This document shows positions 24,370 to 31,587 of a stretch of DNA of 32,000 bases, in pieces (the first letter of the stretch is position 1; every line of letters starts with the position of its first letter). Under the pieces are notes generated by a model, which made no database searches, was not told the DNA's origin, and saw nothing but the letters and a program-made list of their open reading frames with translations. The position numbers were made by a program, and so were the translations under genes. The DNA is from Pyrodictium occultum. GTDB taxonomy: Archaea > Thermoproteota > Thermoprotei_A > Sulfolobales > Pyrodictiaceae. Where the stretch lies: the NCBI RefSeq assembly GCF_001462395.1, contig NZ_LNTB01000001.1, positions 1,440,001-1,472,000 on the forward strand. Reading direction: 5' to 3'.

Positions 24370-25702
24370 ACGGGTCACGTATCCAGGGGGTAGGGTGGCT
24401 GTCGAGAACGTCCATGTAAGCCTAGAGCCTGGCGAGGTGTTGCTGGTCGTAGGGCCCAGTGGCTCTGGGAAGAGCACCCTTCTCAAAACCATAGCAGGAG
24501 TGATACCCTTCATAGAGGATGCTCATCTACATGGAAGCATACTCGTACATGGTGAAAGCATTGAAGGCCTGCCGCCGGGGCGCAGGCCGGTAGCATACAT
24601 GCCCCAGGACCCTAGCGAGCTAGCTTTAGGGGATTACGGTGCCGAGATACTTCTCCTCTATGGCGCCAAGCCCCGCCTAGAGGTAGAGGAGCTACTGGAG
24701 CGGAGAGTATCCGAGATGAGCAGTGGGCAGCTACAAAGACTGCTCCTCTCAGCCGTCCTCGGCCAGGGGAGGAGCATAGTCCTCCTCGACGAGCCTCTTG
24801 CAAATCTTGACGTATATTCATCAAGCCTAGCATATAGGACCGTCAAGGAAGTCGCAGGGGAAGGAGGGTCTGTTATAGTCGCTGAGCACCGCGTCTCAAA
24901 GCTTGCTGGGCTCGCCGACAAGATCCTTGTGCTCGGTAAGGATGGGAGGCCAGTCTACTACGGTAAAAACGTGGAGGGGGGTCTCCGGATTGCTGAGGAT
25001 ATCGGTGTACGCCCTGCAGACGCTACTGGAGAACAAGTAGAGATTGATGTCAGCTGCAAGAGCGTTAGTGGCTGGAAGGATGCTGTGGCCGGGCTAGAGA
25101 ACGTCTACGCAGGGTACGAGGGTAGGGCCGTGCTAAAAGGCCTTAGCTTTATATGTCCTAGAGGGGCCATGGTGGCTGTTATAGGCCCCAACGGCTCGGG
25201 TAAGACGACTATGTTGAGGCTGCTTGCTGGAGTGGCCAAGCCCTGGAGGGGCCGTGTCTACTACGCATGGGGGCGCTGGGACTGGAGGATGATAGGCTAC
25301 GCCCCCGCCTCGCCCTGGCTATCCTTTCTGGAAGACACGGTGTTCGACGAGGTAGCTGTGGCTGCCCGCAGGGCTGGAAGCTCCTCGTTCAGGGAGGACG
25401 CCTTAGAGGTGTTAAAGCTGCTTGGGCTACAAGAGTACCTAGGAGAGAAGCCATGGAGGCTTAGTGGAGGCGAGATGGTCAGGCTTGCTGTGGCACGAGC
25501 TGTTGTGAAGAAGCCTAGGCTGCTTCTCCTCGACGAACCTCTCCGAGGCCAGGATAGGAGAAGCGCTGAGGTTGTCCTAGAGGCGGCTCGGCTTGTAGCC
25601 CGCAGCGGAGGTTGCTCAGTAGTAGTAACCCACGACCTGGAGTTTCTCCGGGAATTCGACCTCATCTACAGGGTTGATAGGGGGTGCTACATGGTTGGCT
25701 GA
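24344..25702 (+). CDS. ECF/CbiO-type ABC ATPase with two fused nucleotide-binding domains (EcfA1-EcfA2 / YkoD-like)
   Basis: NBD1 has 'GPSGSGKST', 'MSSGQLQRL', 'VLLDEPLANLD' and 'VAEHR'. NBD2 has 'GPNGSGKTT', 'LSGGEMVRL', 'LLLDEPLRGQD' and 'VVTHD'. NBD2 lacks a clear Q-loop Gln ('YAPASP'). GGTG lies 7 nt before the ATG. Confidence 0.85.
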   Translation: MAMLEAQVRRVTYPGGRVAVENVHVSLEPGEVLLVVGPSGSGKSTLLKTIAGVIPFIEDAHLHGSILVHGESIEGLPPGRRPVAYMPQDPSELALGDYGAEILLLYGAKPRLEVEELLERRVSEMSSGQLQRLLLSAVLGQGRSIVLLDEPLANLDVYSSSLAYRTVKEVAGEGGSVIVAEHRVSKLAGLADKILVLGKDGRPVYYGKNVEGGLRIAEDIGVRPADATGEQVEIDVSCKSVSGWKDAVAGLENVYAGYEGRAVLKGLSFICPRGAMVAVIGPNGSGKTTMLRLLAGVAKPWRGRVYYAWGRWDWRMIGYAPASPWLSFLEDTVFDEVAVAARRAGSSSFREDALEVLKLLGLQEYLGEKPWRLSGGEMVRLAVARAVVKKPRLLLLDEPLRGQDRRSAEVVLEAARLVARSGGCSVVVTHDLEFLREFDLIYRVDRGCYMVG

Positions 25703-26537
25703 GAGGCTTCTAAAACTCTCACGGGACTATGTGAGGCGCAGTAGAGGTCCCCTCTCCAGGCTTAGGCCTGGAACAAGACTCGCCTACGTCTTCCTCGTAT
25801 CGGTGTCAAGCATGGTCTTCGGTAGGATTGAGGTGCTTGTAGCCCTGGCAACAGCCAGTATAGTATTCTTCCTGCTCTCGGGCCCCAGTCTGCGCAAGCT
25901 CCTCTCTGTATCCCTCCTAGCCGCGGCGGTGGTTTGGAGCATTGTGCTTGCCCAGGCTCTCTTCTACCAAGGCTCGCCTAGAACACCTATAGCGGTCTTA
26001 GTGCCGTCGACTACACCCATTATAGGCAGGTTTACGGGTGGCATATACATATACTATGAGGGGCTAGGCTACGGCTTCCGCCAGAGCCTGCGAGCGCTAG
26101 CAGGCCTATATGCAGGCGCGGGCCTGGCATCGTCAACGAGCATTATGGACATCTATGCTCTCCTGGCCAGGCATCCTAGGCTTCTCGCAGCGCTTCTAGC
26201 TGGGCTCCGTGGCCTCGAGAAGCTTCTCGACGAGCTGGAAGAAGGGCTAGCCTCTCTAAAGCTTACAGGTGCGCGTCTAGGCTTCTCGAGGCTCCACAAG
26301 CTCATCCCATTGATTGTAAGACGCATAGAGGCTGGAGCTACATCAACCGCCCTAGCCTTAGAGTATTCATCTCCCGTCCGAGTAGCTGAGGGCTGGGGCA
26401 TAGTAGCCCTGATGCTCTTCGGGCTAGCATCTCTCCTCATGGTGCTTTACGTGCTCTATCTCCTCTACTCCGCTGGGGTGCTCTACAGCCCCTTCCTACA
26501 AGAGCTCTATGAGTGGCTAAGGCTCTGGTTCTCATAG
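25674..26537 (+). CDS. ECF transporter T component (EcfT/CbiQ family)
   Basis: 287 aa and polytopic. The N-terminal 'YVRRSRGPLSRLRPGTRLAYVFLVSV' matches the EcfT/CbiQ pattern 'Y.p..S.lhrLdPr.Kl'. Ala/Arg/Gly-containing coupling-helix-like segments ('LKLTGARLG') are present. The start is TTG 25674 or TTG 25695, the latter with GGGGGTG 8 nt upstream. Confidence 0.7.
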   Translation: MIGGATWLAERLLKLSRDYVRRSRGPLSRLRPGTRLAYVFLVSVSSMVFGRIEVLVALATASIVFFLLSGPSLRKLLSVSLLAAAVVWSIVLAQALFYQGSPRTPIAVLVPSTTPIIGRFTGGIYIYYEGLGYGFRQSLRALAGLYAGAGLASSTSIMDIYALLARHPRLLAALLAGLRGLEKLLDELEEGLASLKLTGARLGFSRLHKLIPLIVRRIEAGATSTALALEYSSPVRVAEGWGIVALMLFGLASLLMVLYVLYLLYSAGVLYSPFLQELYEWLRLWFS

Positions 26538-26924
26538 CATAGTGTGGCCTATGCACTGGAGCATTTCTCCGGAGGGGCAGCATGCTGCAATATAATGGGT
26601 GGAAATGTGCAGCCATACCACACTCCAGCTAAGAGGAAAGCGGACTCGGGAAAGCTAGGGGCAGGCAGGGCCCAGCTCCTCTCAGTAGCGGGGCTCCTTC
26701 TTGAGCCATGAACTTATAGCCGCACCAGGCTGAAAAAGCTTAAGCAATGGCCGTAGCTTATGTGGAGGATTATGGCACACTCTACACGCTATAGGCGTTA
26801 AACCTGTCGAGGCTGCTGAGATAGATTACGACAAGTATTCCATCTGCACTTGTCACTCTTCAGAACAATGCTGCCAGGGCTATGCTCCCCCATAGCACGG
26901 TCCTCGGAATCATGAAGGCCAGGT

Positions 26925-26932
26925 ATTTATAC
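26925..26932 (+). promoter_or_regulatory. TATA box (TATTTATA) of the second cobN
   Basis: It is an AT-rich octamer ~45 nt upstream of GTG 26974. The predicted TSS at ~26955 coincides with the left arm of the inverted repeat. Confidence 0.4.
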
Positions 26933-26954
26933 AGCGGCGACACCATTAATGCGG

Positions 26955-26982
26955 GTGCACCACAGGCTCCCGGGTGGTGCAC
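26955..26982 (+). promoter_or_regulatory. 9-bp inverted repeat GTGCACCAC-N10-GTGGTGCAC covering the cobN start codon
   Basis: Read directly from the sequence. The right arm begins with the GTG start at 26974. The left arm contains the GGTGCACC core shared with the 20.85-kb palindrome. Confidence 0.6.
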
Positions 26983-29900
26983 TTGGGGAGGCTTAAGGTT
27001 CTACTAATATCTACTGTTATCAGCGGTGACTTGAAGAGAGCGATTAAAGATGTTAGCAGCTATGTGGATGTTAAACTGCTGTATTCTCACCAGTTGCCGA
27101 GCTATAGCAGGGAGGATCTCCAGAGACTCGTTGACTGGGCAGACGTAATCCTGATAGATGTCAGGGGCGACCCCGGTGTACTCAGCGAAATAGACTATAA
27201 AGAGAAGGACGTAGTTTACCTGGTTGGCGGCTCGCCAACCCTAATGGCTAGGACGAAGCTTGGAAGATTTAGAATGCCTGCGAAAGCTGCGTCCATAGCA
27301 GTCAGTAGCCCTGAATCTATGGTTGCAAAGATAAAGAGGATGGAAAGGATTATTGAAAGCCTTGGAAGAATTATTCCCTTCGGCGCTCTAAGAGATGCAA
27401 GGGACTATGTGAGGCTGGTAAAGTACTGGGCTAATGGGGGCTATGAGAACTACAAGAACATGTTTCTCCTCCTAGCCCGGAGAGCTGGAGCCAGAGTAGA
27501 AGTTAGAGAGCCCATCGAGTTCCAGGAGTATGGGCTATACCATCCGGTTCACGGCTTCAACTACAATCCTATAATCGATCCAAGTAAGCCGACAGTAGGC
27601 ATACTCTTCTATGGCGGAATGCACTTCGGGCAATGCGCCAAAACGCTTGAAGAGCTTGTAAAACGGCTCGAAGAGATGAATATAAATGTTATACCCGCCT
27701 ATACAGACGGTATACTCGCGCTAAAACCTGTTGAAAAATTCTTCACTGGTGTCGATGCGATAATAAGCCTTCTCTGGTTCAGACTGAACGGCGGCCCCTA
27801 TGGTGGAGACCCAAGGCCCACTGTCGAGCTATTGAAGAGGCTTAAGGCTAAGCTATTCACCCCCGTAATGATGTATAACCAAAAGATAGAGGACTGGAGG
27901 AAAAGCGAGAGAGGGTTAAACGCACTCACAACGGTAACTGCTGTGACCCTCCCTGAGATGGACGGCGGCGTCGAGCCTATACCCCTGGGCGGGGTTAAGG
28001 GTGACGAAGTTGTCCCTATCGATGACAGAGTGGATAAGGTTGCTAGAAGGGTTGCTAGGTGGCTAGAACTCCGGAGGAAGCCCAACCATGAGAAGAGAAT
28101 AGCGATAATAATATACAATTACCCGCCGGGCGAGGAGAATCTAGGCAACGCAGCTTACCTTGACACCTTCAAGAGCGTAGAGAGAATACTAGAGGAGCTT
28201 AGAAGGGAGGGCTACCAGGTCCCAGAAGTTAAAGACCTCAAGAAAATGTTTATTGAGAAGAAGCTCTTCAACCCAACAATTTATCCTCCCGAGAAGATTG
28301 ACTGCCCGAGAATGAGCGTCAAAGAGTATCTGAAGTACTTCAACGAGCTACCGGAGGATGTCAGAAGAGAGGTGGTAAGATACTGGGGCGAGCCACCTGG
28401 CGAAATAATGGTAGATGACAAGGGTATATTAATACCCGGGGTTGTGCTTGGGAACGTGTTCATAGGCGTCCAGCCATCAAGACCGCCACTAGCCAGGGAA
28501 GAGGACGTCTACCATGCAATCCATGACCCGACTAGGCCCCCCCACCACCAGTACCTAGCCTTCTACTTCTGGCTTCAAAGAGTGTTCAAGGCGGATGCCG
28601 TCATCCATGTAGGAACTCATGGTACAGCCGAGTTCATGAAGGGGAAGGAGGTTGGCCTCTCCTCTAGGTGTTTCCCAGACATACTGATAGGTGACATGCC
28701 TAGCTTGTACATATATCATGTCGTCAACACGTCTGAGGCCACGCTAGCCAAGAGGAGACTCTATGCGACACTTATAAGTTACAACTCGCCTCCCTATACA
28801 ACCGCAGATCTCTACGAGGACTATGCAAGGCTAGAGGGATATCTCGACGAGTACCGTGAGGCATTGAGCAGCGGAGACAGAGCTAGGGCAGAGATCGCAA
28901 AGAGGAAGGCCCTTGAGCTAGCGAGGAAGCTTCACCTAGGCGAAGACCTTGAGGAGGTTGAGGCGAAGCTATATGAGTATAAGCGCTCAATAATACCTAA
29001 GGGCCTACACGTTCTCGGCCAGAAATACAGCCTAGAAGAACTCGAAGACTTCATAGTGCTTCTCGCAAGGTATGACAGAGGAGAGATAAAGTCGCTCAAC
29101 AGACTAATATGTGAGGACAAGGGGTGGAGCTACGAAGAGGTTTTGAAGGATCCAAGGAGGCTTAGAGAGGTGGACAGGGAGGCTCGGCAAATAGTCCAGA
29201 AGTTCCTTAAAGGTGAGAAAGTCCCAGCAAGGTATGAGAAGACACTGAGATACAGCCTCGAGATCGCCAAGAAATATGCAGATAATTCTCTCGAGATAAA
29301 GAACCTGCTAGAGGGCCTAAAAGGTAATTACATCGAGCCATCGCCTGGCGGAGATGTGATAAGGAATCCTGAGGCTTTGCCGACCGGGAGAAACATCTAC
29401 CAATTCGACCCGCTAAAAGTGCCGACGGAGGCTGCAACAGAGAGGGGCAGATACATTGCAAGAGAGACTCTGAGAAAGTACTTTGAGAAGCATGGAAGAT
29501 ATCCCGAGAGCGTTGGGGTAGTGCTATGGGGCTTTGAGACGGCTAAGACCTATGGCGAGACCGTTGCACAGATATTTGAGTATCTGGGGGTTGAGGTTAT
29601 CCACAAATCGCCCTGGGAGAAGGAGCTCAGAGTCATACCCCTCAGCGAGCTTGGCCACCCACGTATAGATGTCGTGGTCACAATATGCGGGTTCTTCAGG
29701 GAAATGTTTCCAAACGTGATGGCTTTGATAGATAGGGCCGTGAAGCTTGTCGCGGAGCTCGATGAACCCGAGGAGCTCAACTTTGTCAAGAAGCATGTAA
29801 AGGAGCTTAGAGGCTTTGGAAGTCTCGCAAAGGTAAGAATCTTCGGGCCGAGAGCAACAGAGTATGGCACTAGGATGCTCCAGCTAGTCGAAGACAGCGC

Positions 29901-30549
29901 CTGGAAAGATGAGGCAGACTTAGCTGAGGCCTACATGGAATCAATGAGCTACGCGTATGGTGAAGGCATATACTCTCAAAAGGCGAGGCAACTATTCGAA
30001 GACCTGCTAAAGAGGGTCGACATGGTTACACAAGTCAGAGACTCACAAGACTATGAGATTACGGATCTAGACCACTACTACGAGTTCTTCGGCGGCTTAG
30101 CGAAGTCCGTTGAGCAGCTAAGAGGGAAGAAGCCAGAGATGCTGATAGCCGACACAACCGGGGAGATGGTGAAGGTCGAAGACGTTAGAGAGTCGATAAC
30201 AAGGGGGACAATAACGAGAACTTTAAACCCGAAGTGGATAGAAGCTATGCTGAAACACGGGTTCCACGGAGCCCAGAAGATAGCTGATAGAGTAGAGTAT
30301 CTCCTTGGCCTAGCTGCGACTACCGGGGCGGTCGAGAACTGGGTCTGGGACAAGGTTGCTGAGCGCTTTGTGCTCGATGAAAACCTCTTCGAGAGGATAA
30401 AGAGCAGCAACCCATATGCAGCAAAGAAGATCCTAGAGAGGCTTCTTGAGGCAAGCGAAAGAGGTTACTGGAAGGCGGACAGGAAGGTGCTTAAAAAGAT
30501 AAAAGAGAGGTATATGGAGCTTGACGCGATGCTTGAGGAGGAAGCTTAG
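26974..30549 (+). CDS. cobN: full-length CobN/ChlH-family chelatase large subunit (second, lower-GC paralog)
   Basis: 1191 aa. It carries 'HHQYLAFYFWLQRVFKADAVIHVGTHGTAEFMKGKEVGLS' and 'ALPTGRNIYQFDP' and is collinear with the split pair. The start could be GTG 26974, GTG 26977 or TTG 26983. Confidence 0.9.
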   Translation: MVHLGRLKVLLISTVISGDLKRAIKDVSSYVDVKLLYSHQLPSYSREDLQRLVDWADVILIDVRGDPGVLSEIDYKEKDVVYLVGGSPTLMARTKLGRFRMPAKAASIAVSSPESMVAKIKRMERIIESLGRIIPFGALRDARDYVRLVKYWANGGYENYKNMFLLLARRAGARVEVREPIEFQEYGLYHPVHGFNYNPIIDPSKPTVGILFYGGMHFGQCAKTLEELVKRLEEMNINVIPAYTDGILALKPVEKFFTGVDAIISLLWFRLNGGPYGGDPRPTVELLKRLKAKLFTPVMMYNQKIEDWRKSERGLNALTTVTAVTLPEMDGGVEPIPLGGVKGDEVVPIDDRVDKVARRVARWLELRRKPNHEKRIAIIIYNYPPGEENLGNAAYLDTFKSVERILEELRREGYQVPEVKDLKKMFIEKKLFNPTIYPPEKIDCPRMSVKEYLKYFNELPEDVRREVVRYWGEPPGEIMVDDKGILIPGVVLGNVFIGVQPSRPPLAREEDVYHAIHDPTRPPHHQYLAFYFWLQRVFKADAVIHVGTHGTAEFMKGKEVGLSSRCFPDILIGDMPSLYIYHVVNTSEATLAKRRLYATLISYNSPPYTTADLYEDYARLEGYLDEYREALSSGDRARAEIAKRKALELARKLHLGEDLEEVEAKLYEYKRSIIPKGLHVLGQKYSLEELEDFIVLLARYDRGEIKSLNRLICEDKGWSYEEVLKDPRRLREVDREARQIVQKFLKGEKVPARYEKTLRYSLEIAKKYADNSLEIKNLLEGLKGNYIEPSPGGDVIRNPEALPTGRNIYQFDPLKVPTEAATERGRYIARETLRKYFEKHGRYPESVGVVLWGFETAKTYGETVAQIFEYLGVEVIHKSPWEKELRVIPLSELGHPRIDVVVTICGFFREMFPNVMALIDRAVKLVAELDEPEELNFVKKHVKELRGFGSLAKVRIFGPRATEYGTRMLQLVEDSAWKDEADLAEAYMESMSYAYGEGIYSQKARQLFEDLLKRVDMVTQVRDSQDYEITDLDHYYEFFGGLAKSVEQLRGKKPEMLIADTTGEMVKVEDVRESITRGTITRTLNPKWIEAMLKHGFHGAQKIADRVEYLLGLAATTGAVENWVWDKVAERFVLDENLFERIKSSNPYAAKKILERLLEASERGYWKADRKVLKKIKERYMELDAMLEEEA

Positions 30550-30691
30550 AGGCTCCTTTATGCTGCGAGCCTCATTCCTGCAGGGCTCCGCCGCATCACG
30601 CTTTTAGGGCCTGGCCGTAGTGCACCACGAGGTACTCCTGTCCTCCGCTCCACTCTTTTCGTAGTCAACGGCTATAGGATGCTGTTTGATG

Positions 30692-31465
30692 CTAGGGCTT
30701 CAGCAGCTCCGAGCCCGCCCGGGCCAGCTCGCTCAGGGTGCGGCGGCTCTCGGCCTGGAGCCTGGAGCTGGAGAGGAGGCGGCGGCTCAGCCTGGAGGCG
30801 AGCCTGAGGACCTCGCGCAGCATCTCCACCTCCGGGCCCTCGTAGCCCAGCTCCCCGGCTCGCCGCAGCAGCTTGGCCGCCAGCTCCAGCTCGTTGAAGG
30901 CTAGCATCCTCAGCCGGGCAAGGTCCTGCCGGGCCAGCCTCGGCTTGGCCGCCAGCCGGCGCAGCTCCTCGAGCACGCCCTCGGGGTCTATGCTGGCTAT
31001 CTGTATCCGGAGCAGCTCCGTCTCCGGGTCGAGCTCCTCGTCCTCCTCCCCCGCGGGCTCGGCGGCTTCGACGCCCCGGTCGTAGGCCTCCAGCGCCTCC
31101 ACCACCGCGTCCAGGTCTAGGAACCTCCACCAGTGCTGGTTGCTGCTCCGGTAGCTCGTCTCGATGACCCCGTAGCCCCGCTCCAGGGCGCGGAGGAGCA
31201 TTGAGGGGTTATAGTCCATCCCCCACGCCTTGAGCCTGGCCACGACCTCGCGGTGGCTGAAGTCGCCCAGGCGGACCCCACGGCGCCCCCGGGAGGCGAG
31301 CGCAGCGTCCACAGCGGCGCGGAGCACGGCGTAGCCTCTCTCACCGTACTCCGCGAGAAACTCCAGCACCCTCTCCCTCACACCGGGCGCCGCGGGGTCC
31401 AACGGCAGACACCCCTCCTTCTCCCCGGAGCCCCCGGGGACCTTGGTATAGCTCCGGGGTAACAT
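30692..31465 (-). CDS. hypothetical protein (very high GC; helical, possibly winged-helix-like N-terminal half, coiled-coil C-terminal half)
   Basis: 257-aa ORF with an ATG start and a plausible composition. The overlapping same-region ORFs (30672-31130, 31117-31344) are R/G/P-rich frame artefacts. No motif was recognised. Confidence 0.5.
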   Translation of the reverse strand: MLPRSYTKVPGGSGEKEGCLPLDPAAPGVRERVLEFLAEYGERGYAVLRAAVDAALASRGRRGVRLGDFSHREVVARLKAWGMDYNPSMLLRALERGYGVIETSYRSSNQHWWRFLDLDAVVEALEAYDRGVEAAEPAGEEDEELDPETELLRIQIASIDPEGVLEELRRLAAKPRLARQDLARLRMLAFNELELAAKLLRRAGELGYEGPEVEMLREVLRLASRLSRRLLSSSRLQAESRRTLSELARAGSELLKP

Positions 31466-31587
31466 CTAGAAGCGGGGTACAGTCCTGGAGCCCCGCCTGG
31501 CCGAAGCCCCGGCGTATTATCAGGAGCTACCCCCGGGTAGCCCCGCCGGTGGAGGCCTGGCGGCGCCGGGAGGGGGGACCCGGGCGT

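Noticed and set aside
26596-26712. A 38-aa ORF starting 'MGGN', the same first four residues as the 514-aa protein.
   Set aside because: There is no nucleotide similarity to 22825 onward, no SD motif, and the product is short and basic. The resemblance is most likely coincidental.
26538-26973. A cobalamin riboswitch, C/D-box sRNA or tRNA in the long spacer before cobN-2.
   Set aside because: I could not find a B12-box-like consensus, RUGAUGA/CUGA box pairs or a cloverleaf-compatible stem. This remains untested computationally, so the spacer is reported only as an unexplained region.
30550-30572. A hairpin AGGCTC-N11-GAGCCT right after the cobN-2 stop, considered as a terminator.
   Set aside because: The stem is only 6 bp and is not followed directly by a T-tract; the nearest TTTT is ~30 nt away. 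The evidence is too weak to list as a feature.
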